Notes: generated by a model not told the origin, from the letters alone. A DNA stretch of 64,000 nt from the human T2T-CHM13v2.0 reference genome, Homo sapiens (GCF_009914755.1 NC_060925.1); one strand, 5' to 3'; shown: positions 1 to 15,275, numbered from the stretch's first letter. Translations and numbers: made by a program.

Positions 1-1790
1 AAATGGGTTAAATGCCCCAATTAAAAGACACAGAATGGCAAGCTGGATAGAGTCAAGACCTATTGGTGTGCTGTATGCAAGAGACCCATTTCACATGCAG
101 GCTCAAAATAAAGGGATGGAGGAAAATTTATCAAGCAAATGTAAAACAGAAAAAAGCAGAAGTTGCAGTCCACTTTCAGACAAAACAGACTTTAAACCAA
201 CAAACATCAAAAAATACAAAGAAGGGCATTACATAATGGTAAAGGGTTCAATTCAACAAGAAGTGCTAACCATCCTAAGTATACACACACCCAGATTCAC
301 AAAACAACTTCTTAGAGACCTACAAAGAGACTTAGACTCACGCACAACAATGCACCCAGTGTCAATATTAGACAGATCATTGAGACAGAAAATTAACAAA
401 GACATTCAAGACTTGAACTCAGCTCTGGACCAAGTGGACCTGATAGATATATACAGAACTTGCCACCCCAAAACAAGAGAATATCTTTTTCTCAGTGTTA
501 CATGGCACTTACTCTAAAATCAATCACATATTTGGAAGTAAATCACTCCTCAGCAAATGCAAGGCTACAGTAACCGAAACAGCACCAGTACCTTTACTTA
601 CACCTTATACAACAATTAACTCAAGATGGATAAAAGACTTCGATGTAAAACCCAGAACTATAAAAACCCAAGAAGAAAATCCAGGCAATACCATTCAGGG
701 AATAGGCATAAGCAAAGATTTCATGACAAAATCACAAAAAGCAATTGCAACAAAAGCAAAAAAATGATGAATAGGAGCTAATTAAACTAAAGTGCTTCTG
801 CACAGCAAAAGAAACTATATCATCAGACTGAACAGGCAACTACAAAGTAGGAGAAAATTTTTTCAATCTATCCTTCTGACAAAGATCTGATATCTAGAAT
901 CTACAAGGAACTCAAACAAATTTACAAGAAAAAAGAAACAACCCTATTAAAAAGTGGGCAAAGGACATGAACAGACGCTTCTCCAAAGAATATATTTATG
1001 CAGCCAACAAACATGAAAAAAAGCTTAACATCACTGATCATTAGAGAAACGCAAATCAAAACCACAATGAGATACTATCTTGCACCAGTCAGAATGGCTA
1101 TTGTTAAAAAGTCAAGAAATAATAGATGTTGGCGAGGTTGTGGAGAAATAGAAATGCTTTTACACTGTTGGTAGGAATGGAAATTAGTTCAACAATTGTG
1201 GAAGACAGTGTGGTAATTCATCAAGTATCTAGAACCAGAAATACCATTTGACCCAGCAATCCCATTACTGGGTATATACCCAAAGGAATATAAATTGTTC
1301 TATTACAAAGATATATGCACATGTATGTTCACTGCAGCACTATTCACAATAACAAAGATGTGCAATCAAGTCAAATGCCCATCAATGATAGATTGGATAA
1401 AGAAAATGTGGTGCATATACACCATGGAATACTATGGAGTCATAAAAAAGATTGAGATCATGTCCTTTCCAGGGACATGGATGGAGCTGGAAGCTATTAT
1501 CATCAGCAAACTAACACAGGAACAGAAAAACAAATACCACATGTTCTCACTTGTAAGTGGGAGCTGAACAATGGGAACACATGAACAAAGGGAGGAGAAC
1601 AACACACACTGTGGCCTGTTGGGGGGTCATGCAGGGGGAGGGAGAGCATTAGGAAAAATAGCTAATGCATGCTGGGCTAAATACCTAGGTGATGGGTTGA
1701 TAAGTGCAGCAAATCACCATGGCACACATTTACCTATGTAACAAACCTGCATATCCTGCACATGTACCCCAAAACTTAAAAATAAAAATT
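1..1790 (+). mobile_element. L1PA (about L1PA8-13), internally deleted: ORF2 endonuclease remnant fused to ORF2 C-terminus, then 3'UTR
   Basis: ORF 35-517 resembles the L1 EN domain ([32 protein letters not shown]). At ~562 it jumps to caaggctacagtaacc. Typical L1PA 3'UTR and A-tail near 1790. Confidence 0.9.
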
Positions 1791-2970
1791 TGCAAAATAT
1801 TTGAAATTGACACTTCACCAAGAAAGATATACCTATGGCAAATAACCACATAAAAGAAAATTCAACATAACTAGTCATTAGGAAAATGCAGATTAAAACC
1901 CCAGAGAGATACCACTACACACCTATCAAACTATCTCAAACTAAAAAGAATAGTCCTGTGGTTTGGATGTTTTGTTCCCTCCAAGTCTCATGTTGAAATG
2001 TGACTTCCAATGTTGGAATTGGGCTTAGTGGGAGGCGTTTGGGTCATGGGAACAGCTCCCTCATGAATGGCTTTGTGCTATCCTTGTGGTAATGAGTGAG
2101 ATCTCACTTTGTGTGTTCAAGCAAGATCTGGTTATTAAGAATCTGGAACTTCCCTTCTCTCGCTCTTGCACCCTCTCTGACCATCTGATACACTGATTAC
2201 CCCTTTGCCTTCTGCCATGTAAGCTTCCTGAAGCCTCATCAGAAGCAAATGCTGGCACTATGCTTCTTGTAAAGCCTACAGAATCATGAGCCAAATAAAC
2301 ATATTTCTTTATAAATTACCCAGTCTAAAGTATTCCTTTATAGCAATGCAAAAGAGACACGCACATCTATCAAGTGTTGGCCAGCCGTTGTACACTGTTG
2401 GTGGGAATGTAAAATGGTACAACTACTTTGGAAAGCTCTTTGGATATTTTCCAAAAAGTTATAAATATATCTATCATGTAACCCAGCCATCCTAATTATA
2501 GGCATTTACCCAAGAGAAACAAAGTCTTGTATAGAAATGTCCATACCAGCCTTCTTTGTAATGACCCAAAACTGGAAACAACCCAAATGTCTATCAACAG
2601 GTGAATGGATAAACAAATGGTGCTATAACCATGCAATTACATTAGCTGGCAATAAAAATAATTTATTATTGATACATGTAACAACAAAAATAAATCTCAA
2701 GTAATCATGCTGAGTAAAATAAGCCAGACAAAAAGAAATAATAATATATTATTTCTTTTAAATAAAAATCTATAACATGGGTGGAGGAGGCTGGGATTTA
2801 CAAAGAAGAATGAGGAAACTTTTGGGCTAATGAATATTTTCATTATCTTGATTGTCATCACAGTCTCACAGAATATATATATATGTATATATATAACACA
2901 TACATACATTATATATGTGTAATATATATACATATATAAACTTACCAAATTATACACTTTAAATATGTGT
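1791..2970 (+). mobile_element. Old L1M 3' end (ORF2 tail and 3'UTR), interrupted by an MST LTR
   Basis: Degenerate L1 motifs (cattaggaaaatgcagattaaaacc; ggtgggaatgtaaaatggtacaac; acccaaatgtctatcaacaggtgaatggataaac). Confidence 0.75.
1954..2365 (+). mobile_element. MaLR solo LTR, MSTB-like
   Basis: Starts tgtggtttggatgttt...ccaagtctcatgttgaaatgtg; ends ataaattacccagtc...tatagcaatgcaa. Confidence 0.85.
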
Positions 2971-3884
2971 AGAAATGGAAAGTGAAATATTTGGATTTAA
3001 AACATTAGCCATATAATAGTCTTCCACTCAGCCTTTTCCAATTTCCCTCAAAAATAGTTTAAAAGACAAAAAAGAAGGCGAAGGGAAACATCTTTTAACA
3101 CAATGACAAGTAAATTTGACAGCCAACATATTGACAGAATTTAGGAGAACTTTCCACTCATTAAAAAGACATATACAGTGGAAAATGAAATGGTAAGTGA
3201 TGGCCAACATGCTGTGCCACCTGAAATAGCACAAAATTGCAGGTGAGAGAGGCAGAGAGTTACGTTATGCCTCAACTTTTATTTGTTTTTGGCCTAGAAA
3301 TCTGAAGTTTTTGATATCCAAACACTAGGAAGAGATACAATGCATTTTACATCAAATTCTATATAGATTCAAGTACTTTCAATCCTGGCAATTACAATGA
3401 CACACTCTATCCTAAGTTCTAACACTTCATAAGCATTGATGGAAATAGGAAAACTCCTGTGCATTCTCTACATTTGGAGAATGAAAGAATCAGGCAGTTA
3501 AGGTTCTCAGCTTCATCCAGAAAAGCACATAAGATCAAAATGAAATCAAGAAAAGAACCGTGCACATCAGCTTCTCAACTGCAAATCTGTGTAGAAGCTT
3601 CTACATATAAATGGACAGTAAGCAGGATCAAAAACATACCACAAATGATGCTTCTTGGCACATACTGGGTTTAGATAAGTCTCTCTTTGTTCCAAGTGAA
3701 ATAGAGAAAACTGTCAACTTAAGGCTTGTGAAAGAAAGTGGCAAAAAATGAAAAAGAGAAAATCACTCTTAAAACACACTGGAGGAGTTTAACTCTGAAA
3801 AGTTATTTACTAAAGCATGAAGACAAATTTAGAAAATGTTTAGCACCATCAATGGAATATAAGAAGACATAGAAGGGCAGAGAC

Positions 3885-4318
3885 AACTTGCTGTCCACCA
3901 AAATTTTGTTTCCTTCCCATAGCACAGAGTTTTTGCTGCACAGCTAGGGCTAAATTTCCCAGTACCTCCTATACTGACATGTTGCTGTGCAACTAATTCT
4001 TGCCAATGGGAATGTGAATAGATGTGATGTGTGCTACTTCTAAACTAGAACTTTTAAAAAGTGGGTCGGATTTTTCAACTTTTTATTTACCTCTGAATAT
4101 AAACACAGATGGATACAGAAGGCTTTGCAATATGAGACTATGAAGTCACAAAAATGAAAGCATTTGGGTCTCTGAATTCACATGTGGAGGATAACCACCA
4201 GCCAACCAGGAATCTGCATTGAATTATTATATGAGTGATTAATAGAACTCTATTGTGCTCAGCCACTGAAATACTGAGTCACTTTGTAACAACAATTAGT
4301 GGTACCATAATTAACACA
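3885..4318 (+). mobile_element. Old MaLR LTR (MLT1 family)
   Basis: Degenerate MLT1 motifs (atttcccag...ttcttgccaatgggaatgtga; agccactgaaat...ttgtaacaac...taacaca). Confidence 0.55.
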
Positions 4319-6014
4319 TGTGGCCTCTGCAATACATAAATGAGAAGCCACTACAATAGAATGAACAGATAGAAAATGATAACAGAATAAGATATGACAG
4401 TAGAAATGAAAAAAATAATTTGGTACCAAAAGAGTATAAGGAAACAAAAAATACAAACAATAGGGTTAAAATATCCATTGGGAATAGGAGTGAAAGAGAA
4501 GAAATATCATTTAAATATAACCAATAAAATGGATATGAAAAGTAAGAATGGTCTTCCTGAATGCAAAAGAAAAGAGAAAAAGTACAGTTTGAAGCAACAG
4601 AGAGGATATGATATTGAGAACCAGAAAACAGAACAGGAGTTATAAGTCATTCCAAGAAAAAAGAGTAAAATCATTCAAACAAGAGTAGTAATAAAGACAT
4701 AATTGAAGAAAACTTAGAGAGGAGTAGAAAGGCCCAAGTATGAAAATTATTTTTTATAGAATTCAGGGGATAAGTCCTAAATAAAAACATGTTCTGGTGA
4801 CATGCTTGAGTTACAGCAATGAAAGAAGAAAGCTTGTAGCATCTAGGAAAAAAGCACAACACATTATCTACAAATGAATAAATACAATTAAAGTTTTATA
4901 TTTCTCCTCTTTAAGATGAAATGTCAGAAGACAATGGAGTAAAAATGATGAGTATTGTCATAAAAAGTTGTGTCTCAAGAAACCATCCTGTTTTCTTCTC
5001 TATACCATGTTAACTTATTTTAAAATATAGCAATTACAGCATAGGTATATATTCTTGAATAGAACACATATACATAATTTTTAATGTAGTCTTATAAAGC
5101 TAGTACATATTTTCAAAAAATGCTTTTCCTTTGTTAATAATTTTCTAATTGCAGAAATGCTAGAATACCAAGATATTTCTTTACCTGGTTAATATTTCAA
5201 GAACATAGCTAATCTATTATTACTAGTAATAAAGCATCAGCAAAAGTCAAGATGACATTGCTTCTTTCTGATCAATTCAAGGGAATATGGTAATGATGAA
5301 ATTTCAACGGTGCATAATAACACTTTTATTCCAAATTTCTTTCTGAGATTGGTATCTTTGGCTCATATTCAGTGTATCCCACATTTCTGACAGCTTTCTG
5401 TAGAAACATAATATTGCTTTTAGTTAAGAATTTTAGCCATGGATATATATTAACAAGATTCTCACTGTAAATTTGATGCCAATATAATACAAACAGTATT
5501 CAGTATGTTAGACTACTTAAAGAAATTAAGGAAGATCATAAACAAATTTACAGTTAGGTGCTATATGCTAAATCTAATGAAGATATAAATTCAGAAGCAT
5601 CTCCTTCATGCCACGGTAAATATTTCAGTGAACTAATAATACAAAACTTGTGTAATGCAGAAGTGATTTGGAAACCTTAGTAACTATATTACTTTGGTAG
5701 AGTTACTCTTAAATGAATATTAAGAAATTTTTAGAAATCACAACCTATTGTTTGAAATATTTTGTCTATTTCCAGAGTGTTAGAAAACAGTATAGTACCA
5801 TATGTAAGATTCTTTATCAGAATTAACCACTTACAACCCCAATCATATCCAGCAGTTACCCTTACTTCCTATAGTACCCTACAGCTCCAACAATCCTAAT
5901 AGACTTTGAATACAGTGAAGCAAGACTAAAGTTTAAAGCTGAGATCCAAATGGCCTGTTTTTTTTGTTTTTGTTTTTGTTTTTATTTTTGGTATCCAATT
6001 CCAACACAGGATCT

Positions 6015-6225
6015 GGCAACAGACAGTCCTGGGCTTGAAGCCCAGTTCTACAAACTGTATTAGGCTAGGCAAGTTATTTCTCCTCTGTAAGACTGAGTTC
6101 CTTCATCTGTTAAATAGAAATAATATTACTTAATTCATAGTATTTGTGAGGCTTTATATTATCTATAAGGCACCTAGTACAATGTGTGGCATATGGTAAG
6201 CACTTACTAAATTTATAGATATCAT
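6015..6225 (+). mobile_element. MIR SINE
   Basis: Core motif ggcaagttattt...gagttccttcatctgttaaatag; 3' end ggcatatggtaagcacttactaaat. Confidence 0.7.
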
Positions 6226-6684
6226 TATAATCAACAACACAAATATTATAATTGCCAAGATTCTCTATTCTTAATTTTTCTAAAAAGAGACCAAGAAAAT
6301 CTGTCTCCATGCAAAAAAAGTTCTCAATTAACCATCAAACCATGAATTTTGTTTGTATCTCTCATTTTTGTTATAGGATTTCTAAAAGGGACATTCTCCA
6401 TACATGAACAACTCTTTAAGTGAAATAATTTTTCACTTAATGAAAATGAAAACCCAATGACAGTTTTTACATCTGCTTTTAAAATTTTGCTTTTTGGTTT
6501 TTAACAAATTAAATTAACACATACATCAAACAGACCCTTCTAAAGTCAGGTGCCTACAGTAGTCAATAAAATTGGTCTTCTTGTTCATCTGTGTCTTAAG
6601 TTTTTTTTTTTTAACAAAGAAGTACACACTAAATCTTTTTTAAATTTTTAAAAATATTTTAATATTTTTAAAATTTTTAAAAAA

Positions 6685-6792
6685 TTTTTTTTCTTGCTAT
6701 GTTGCCCAGGCTGAACTCGAACACCTGGCATCAAGCAATCCTCCTACCTCAACAGTAGCTGGGACTACAGGCACATACCACCACACCTAGCT
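6685..6792 (-). mobile_element. FLAM / Alu monomer
   Basis: ttgctatgttgcccaggctg...gctgggactacaggc preceded by a T-tract. Confidence 0.8.
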
Positions 6793-6953
6793 TTAAGTTT
6801 TCTTCTTAGTAATAGCCCCTTGAGAGCAGCAACCCTTATCTTGTATACCCCTCTGCTCTCTATGTCTAGCAACTACCAGGCTCATAGGAGGCATTCAACA
6901 AATGTTCATTGAATTAATGAATTCAGAGTTTATTTAGTTTAAATGGCTTTACA

Positions 6954-7281
6954 GGCCAGGCACAGTGGCCCATGCATGTAAGCCTAGCACTTTGGAAGGC
7001 CCAAGCGGGTGGATCATTTGAGGTCAGGTGTTGCGAGACCAGCCTGGCCAACATGGTGAAACCCTGTCTCTACTAAAAATACACAAATTAGCCAGGGGTG
7101 GTGGCAAGCACCTGTAATCCCAGCTACTCAGGAGGCTGAGGCAGGAGAATGGCTTGCACCTGGGAGGTGGAGGTTGCAGTGAGCAGAGATTGCACCACTG
7201 TACTACAACCTGGAAGACAGAGTGAGACTCTGTCTCAAAATAAATAAATAAATAAATATATAAATAAAAATTAAAATTAAA
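6954..7281 (+). mobile_element. AluS (Sx/Sz-like), full length
   Basis: Dimeric Alu with (TAAA)n tail. TSD aaatggctttaca at 6941-6953 and 7282-7294. Confidence 0.95.
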
Positions 7282-7840
7282 AAATGGCTTTACAAATGGT
7301 TTATATCCTTACATAATTACCACTTAAAATACTGAACCAATGCACAAAAATAGATGAGAGCTAAAATTTATTGAGTGCTTACTATGTATTAATCACTATG
7401 CTAAGCATTTTACATGTATTATTTAATACTCACAAGAACTCTATTAAATAGGTACCATTACCATCCTTATTTTATAGTGAGGAGTCAGATTTACCAAGAG
7501 GTTAAATAATTGGCTCAAGGGCATACAGCTGGAGCCAAAATTTGAACTTAAGATGCCTAAATCAAGAGCCTGTTGGAGTAAGCACTTTACTATAATTGTC
7601 TCCAAAGCTTGGTTTTGGTATAGAAAGCACTTCATACTTGGAATAAGAAGACCTGGATTATTGACCTCTGCCACTAATATGCTTCGTGACCTCAGACAAG
7701 CCTCTCTAAGCTTCAGTTACCTATAACTATCAAAACAAGAAGATAGTTGTGAGAAACAAATAATATAATACATGTTAAAGCACTTTCCAACTGTATATTT
7801 ACACAGTATATGTAACTACATATATTGTCTACATATATTA

Positions 7841-8146
<306 letters not shown>

Positions 8147-11100
8147 GCATGTAGATTTATCTTTAAAATATTTGAAAATAGAAGGAAAAAAATAAGCATA
8201 AATATTATAAGGAAATAACAGTATAGAATATAATTTTGTAGGCCTAGTAGGAATAAAAGTACTACTCAGGAAAGGTCCAAGAATAAACTTTTAAATATCT
8301 GCACAAGGCTTCAAAAAAATCTGAGTTTCTCTACTCAACATCAATAGAAAACAACCCCATACTAATTTTATGATACCAAGTTGAACTAGAAGCAAAAATA
8401 ACAATGTCTTAACTTTGTATATGTAAAAGCTCTTTTAAATCTATTGCTGCAACTGCAAGATGGAGTTTTAATATCAGTGAGATTAAACAAAAGAAGAGGA
8501 ATGAAGAAAAGAACAGAGACATGAAAGACCAACAGATAGGGATTTTTGTCCTGCTCTTCCTTTTACTCTCTATGTGGCCTTGAGTAAATTACTTAACCTT
8601 TCTGATCATCAGTTTCTTTATGTGTAAAATGGGAAAAAATATTGGTAATTAATGTGTTGTGAAGATGCAATAACATAATTTATAGCAAGCGTATCGTAGG
8701 GCAAAGCCCAGTTTAGGGATTCAATAAATGGTAGTGTGGTTATTATCTATTAGTTTATACAGCTGAGTGAATTAAAGACACAGGTAGTCATATCTTGCTG
8801 AAGGTCACCCAATTATTATAGGAAGGAAACAAGGCTAGAACTTAACATCCTTTAGTTCTTACTCCAGCAATTTTTAAATTTCGTAAGAAATAATGTAGCT
8901 TTGTAGTATTTCTTTACCAGAGAGGACTATAAAATATTCATTCCCACTTAAGAAATGATTGAATTTTTGCTCCTATGAGATAATGTTAATTCACACAGGC
9001 TGTTATTTACTGAAAGATGTCCAAGCACATTGATTTTATATTGGAATATTCATCTCAGAAAAAAAAGCAGTGGAAGTAGAAATAATTGTCAAGTCAATCT
9101 CTGGTTTGCTTATTATTACGGAAATAAATTAAACTTTGCTCTAGATTTTTGACATGTAATTCTGATACTAATAGGTTCACATACATTTGTCTTTCCTCTA
9201 CCTGCTAATAGGAAGCAGTCTGTAATGGTGTGTCAGAAATCTACCAGTAACTGCCTAATGTTTCCCTTAAACAGAAAGCGACTGTCTACAATTGCATCAG
9301 CAATTGTCAAGTTTACTGTAACGAAGGAAAGAGCACCAAAATGGCTCTGCTATGAAAATCAGATGCTTTCACCTGGAATCCCACTCCTGAATTGATTAGA
9401 AGCACAGTTATCAGTCCCTGTTTTAAAGAAATCCAAAATTGAACCTCAATCTTGCTAAACCATCAACTAAGACATACATTGTTTCCCTCATTCCCCTAAC
9501 AGGCAAGGAGGAAAACAGCGTTTCTTTTGTTAGACACAGATATTTTTAGATTATTGTCAAAACCCAGAGCTATACTGGGGTGGTTGGTGCTACCATATAA
9601 TCTTTCATCTTTTTATCAGAGAGGGCCAGGCTGTTTCTTCATTTGTGCAGGAAATCTATGATCAAGGCAATGGAAATACAAATATTAAAGTAGATAATGT
9701 TTCTGTCCTCAAGAAGCTCTCAGGCTAATGGAAGAGACACATATGCAATGATCTTTACAACATAGTGTGCAGAAAACGTGGGCACGTAGATGGAAAATGA
9801 AAAGAAAATGACCAAGTGATGAGAATAGAACCCTCAAATACATACAGAAGGAACTATATGAGCAAATACAACTGAAAAATGAAATAGCCTGGCATAGTCA
9901 GGAAATAAGGGAGTTATGGAAAAACCTAGTGGAAGGAGGGACAACTGAGGGTAGAAAGACACAGAGAGCCCAACTCATGAAGGATCCTGTATGTTATTTT
10001 GAAAAGCTGGGACTTTACTTTGAGGACTAATTAGAAGCTGGTAAGAGACATGGTCAAATATATATTCAAAAGTTTTCACCTCAGCTGATGAAGATGGCAA
10101 AAAAAGTTCAAATGCCAGTGTGTGGGCTAACCCACATGACCATTGTCCCACAACCCAAAAATATAAAGCATATTATTGTATTTCTATATTAACATTCACT
10201 GGATAGGAACCAGCTTTTTTTGTTCATTTGACCATTTTAATAACAGTGTTCTGTGAACTATAAATGGCATCTTGCAGAATCTAATGTGTATCAGAAACTG
10301 CAATGATAGAAAGGGAAAGAAGGGAAGAATAGAGAAAACAGTGATTGACCAGTTATCTACCATGTACCAGATACTTTGTGTTAGGTGCTCTGAATATGTT
10401 TAATCTTCCCAATAAGGCAAATCTTATCACATCAACTTTACAGGTATGTAAACAGAGTTTCAAAAAAATTAAGTTTCCAGTGTATACATATATTGCTCAG
10501 ATCTATACCTAGAGCTGTCAGTCTTCAAAGTGTTTAATCTTTTCACTACACCACTCTATCTCCTTGAAAAAAAGGAAAGAATGAAGAGCACAAGATAAAG
10601 AAAAAGTTGGATAGGCACTCTAAAATACATGAAAACATGGGTACCTGTGCTGCTAGCAAGTATTAGCATTTAAATGCTACTACAAAGAGATTTCAGAATA
10701 TGACATCCTGAAGTGGTCAATGAATCCTATCAACACAAGTATAAATTTGAAAAAAAAATTTAAAAATCACAACAATCTCAGGCCTCTGGAAATAAAGCAA
10801 AGGCAGACAACAGATTGAGAAGCACCTATTCTTTAAAAATCATCAGAGCTTTTGGTACAAACAGAAGAAGTTTGAGATTTTCTTGCTTGAAGCTACTCCC
10901 ATCCCACTCCCCAGCTCCACAGTTGAGAACAATAGCTTTGCCAATGTGGTGCTAACCAAAAAACAAAACAAAATGAAACAAAAAAACAGCAACTTTGCTA
11001 CCAGAGGCAGACTTGATTTGGGACACAAAGACAATAGCCCATGATTCTGTAAGCTTTTTAAGTTTACAAAGTGGTAAACTTTGTAGAAAACAAATAGGCA

Positions 11101-11586
11101 AAGCCTACAGCTTTGCTGATCTGAAGTTGCAGCTCCAATTGGGGCTATGACAGAACAGAAATTTAAAGGGATCCTAGAAATGATGAGTCATAGGAGGGCT
11201 GAAACATGCTTGCCACATATCCCTGGCTATAGGTATAGGTTATGAGACCTGAGAGAAACTACAGCAAAAAGTAAAAGCCAAGACAGACTTGAGTAATAGC
11301 TACAATTCTGAATAGGCTCTCCAAATTGCACACTGGTCCATTGGCAAGAGGGTAGAAATCTTATGGGCCTGAGGTATTTGAGCACAAGTGCTACTTAAAT
11401 CACTGGCTAAATACTAAGCAATGCAGACACAAAAGAAGTGACTTACAGGAAGCCAGACTAAAAAATAAAAATAAAATGTGATGCAGCCAAAACAATTGTT
11501 AAGGTGAAACTTATAGCTTCAAATGCTTTATTAGAAACAAATAAATCTATCATCAATAATCAACACTTCTACTTCAAGAAGCTAAA

Positions 11587-13175
11587 GCAATTTACAGATT
11601 CAATGCTATTTCTATCAAACTACCAATGGCATTCTTCACAGAACTAGAAAAACATATTTTAAATTCTATATGGAACCAAAAAAGAGTTTGAATAGCCAAA
11701 GCAATTATAAGCAAAAGAACAAAGCTGGAGGAATCATGTTATCTGAATTTAAACTATACTACAAAGCTACAGTAGCCAAAAAAGCATGGTACTGGTACAA
11801 AAACACAGACACATAGGCCTATGGAACAGAATAGAGAGCCCGGAAATAAAGCCTCACATGACCATCTGATGTTTGACAAAGCTATCCAAAAAAATCAATG
11901 GGGAAAAGATTTCCTATTCAATAAATAGTGCTGGGATAACTGGCAAGCCACATGCAGAAGATTGAAGCTAGACCCCTTCCTTACACTATATACAAAAATC
12001 AACTTGAGATGCATTAAAGACTTAGATGTAAAACCCCAAAGTATAAAAACCCTGGAAGACAACCTAGGCAGTATCATCCTGGACGTGGGAACGGGCAAAG
12101 ATTTCATGACAAAGACATCAAAAGCGATAACAACAAAAGCAAAAATTGACAAATGAGAACTAATTAAATGTAAGAGCTTCTGTACAGCAAAAGAAGCTAT
12201 CAACAGAATAAACAGACAACCTACAGAATGGGAGTAAATATTTGCAAACTATGCATCTGACAAAGGTCTAAAATCCAGCATCTAAAAAGAACTTAAACAA
12301 ATTTACAAGAGAAAATAAAACAACCCCATTAAAAAGTGGGCAAGGACATGAACAGACACTTCTCAAAAGAAGACATACATGCAGCCAACAAGCATATGAA
12401 AAAAATCTCAAAATCACTGATCATTAGAGAAATGCAAATCAAAACCACAATGAGATACCATCTCATACCAGTCAAAATGGCTACTAATTAAAAGTCAAAA
12501 AAATAACAGATATTGGTGAGGTTGCAGAGAAAATGGAACCCTTATACACTGTTGATGGGAGTGTAAAGTAGTTCAACTATGGTAGAAAGCAGTATGGCAA
12601 TTCCTCAAAGAGCTAACAGCAGAACTACCATTTGACCCAGAAATCCCATTACTGGGTACACACCCAGAGGAATATAAAGCATGCTACCACAAAGACATAT
12701 GCATGTAAATGTTCACTGTAGCACTGTTCACAATAGCACAGACATAGAATCAACCTAAATGCCCATCAATGACAGACTGGATAATAAAATGTGGTACATA
12801 TATACCATGGAATATTATGCAGCCACAAAAAAGAATAAGATCATGTCTTCTGCAAGAACATGGATGGAGTGGGAGGCTATCATCCTTAGTAAACTAACAC
12901 AAGAACAGAAAACCAAATACTTCATGTTCTCACTTATAAGTGAGAGCTAAATGATAAGAACATATAAACACAAAGAAGGAACAGGAAACAACAGACACTG
13001 GGGTCTACTTGAGGGGGGAGGGTGGGAGGAGGAAGAGGAGCAGAAATAATAACTCTTGTGTAATAAGATTAATACCTGGGTGATGTAATAATATGTATGA
13101 CAAACCCATGTGACATGTGTCTATTTATGTAATAAACCTTCACATATACCTCCAAACCTAAAACAAAAATTAAAA
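11587..13175 (+). mobile_element. 5'-truncated L1PA15/16-like element
   Basis: ORF2 C-terminal remnants ([25 protein letters not shown]); old L1PA-type 3'UTR (ggaggaggaagaggagcagaaa...taatacctgggtgatg); A-tail. Confidence 0.85.
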
Positions 13176-13267
13176 AAAAGAATAACAAATCAAACCCAAA
13201 GTAATTACAAGGAAAGAAATAATAAAAATCAGAGTGGAAATCAATAATATACAAAACAAAAAAATTA

Positions 13268-13618
<351 letters not shown>

Positions 13619-13920
13619 GAAAAGATAGAGAAATTTGATAACCTTTAGCCCAAAACTAACAAAGAAAAAGAAAAGACATACACTTCCAAAATCAGTAATG
13701 AAAGCTAGGACTCTACAGAATATGAAAAGAAAGTAAGAAAGTAAGTTGACCCCACACATGAAACTAATAATTCATGTTATTAGTTTCACATCTATAGGAT
13801 TTTGATGGTCTCTGCCTTTGAAAGAGTTGCAGTAAGTCATTACTTAAGTATTACTGTAATTTCTATTTCTCTTTCACATTTAAAAGGACTTTTTTCAAAA
13901 ATCAATAAATTTCTTATTCT

Positions 13921-14292
13921 TTCCAAATCTTAATTATTGTAAACAGTGCTTGCAGCACAAACATGGGAGTGCAGACATCCCTTCGATTTACTGATTTCCT
14001 TTCTTTTGGTTATATACCAGCAGTGGAACTGCAGGATCATAAGGTAGCTCAATTTTTGATAGCACAATAGGGTGACTATAGTCAACAACAACTTAATTGT
14101 ATATTTTAAAATAATTTAAAGTGTATAATTGCATTGTTTGTAACTCAAAGGACAAATGCATGACTGTAAGGATACCCCATTCTTCGTGATGTGCTTATTT
14201 TACATTGCATACCTATATCAAAACATCTCATGTACTGCATAAATATATAAACCTACTATGTACCTATAAACTTTTTTTAAATATTAAAAAAG
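13921..14292 (+). mobile_element. Short L1MA (MA1-3-like) 3' end with an inverted 5' segment
   Basis: 13921-14057 is antisense L1 ORF2 tail; 14058-14292 is sense L1MA 3'UTR (gatagcacaatagggtgactatagtc). Confidence 0.75.
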
Positions 14293-14329
14293 AAAATTCC
14301 CCAAGTGAAATTTTCATTGGAAAAAAATC

Positions 14330-14760
14330 AACAAACTTTAATGTTTATTCGGTGAATATTTACAGAGCACTTAGTTTGTCTAGGTATTCTGTTGACTGCT
14401 GCAGACATTGTAACAAATAAAATGGCCTCCACCTGTAAAATAAAGCTCACAGATCAGTGAGAAAGACATAAGTATAAACAAATAATCACAATCTAGTGTG
14501 CTGAGTTGTGAAATGCTATGGGGATGCTGGAGAAGAAGTGCCTAATTCTTCCTAAATGAAAGAGGAAAGTGCATAGAGGGCTAGGAACAGGGGGTTGGAG
14601 GTTATATCTTGAAGCTGGTGCTTGAATGATGACTGACTGAAGATCGCCTGAATGACCACCTGATGACGAAGGAATGGAAAAGAGTTTCAGAAAAGGTACA
14701 ATCCCATGCAGAAAAGAATCATGAGTGTGTGTACCCAAGACTATTTCCATCAATAGTCAC
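14330..14760 (-). mobile_element. L2 fragment
   Basis: Degenerate antisense L2 3' end (aatatttacagagcactt...aagctcacagatcagtgagaaagaca). Confidence 0.6.
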
Positions 14761-15241
14761 AGAATTTAATAGGTCGGAAAAAAAGGCAAGCTCACTAGTG
14801 ATCTATAAGCACCCACGAAAATTGAGAAACAGCTTTTTCTTTTTTAGAACTCTATTTGAAATCTTAGAACACCACCAGCCTTGGAAGGTCCTGAGATGTC
14901 TTCTCATCCAACTCTTTTGCTTTTAGGTGGGTAAAATGAGGCTAGAAACATTAGGAACACTCAATTACCTTGCATTTATTGGTCATATCCTATGTTGAAA
15001 AACCTCTACTTTAAAGGGCCCAGCATGTATTCTTCATGACACCTCCTCTACAAGAGTGAGTCAAATACAAAATCAGATCTTCATCTTAACTTGCCCAATT
15101 GCCCAGCCCATGCTTGCTATTTCTACTCTACACAAAACTTGGCCCAGAGGAGAATAAAAAAGATATAAATATATAATTATATTTATATATAAATTTATAT
15201 ATTTTTATTAAAGAGAATAAAAGAATATATATAAGAATAAA

Positions 15242-15243
<2 letters not shown>

Positions 15244-15272
<29 letters not shown>
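15244..15272. repeat. (CA)n microsatellite
   Basis: Pure CA run. Confidence 0.95.

Positions 15273-15275
<3 letters not shown>

Noticed and set aside
9150-9600. Repeat-free stretch that could be a conserved enhancer (likewise ~34400-36400 and ~53650-54240)
   Set aside because: No motif or structure in the sequence supports a function; conservation or chromatin data would be needed.
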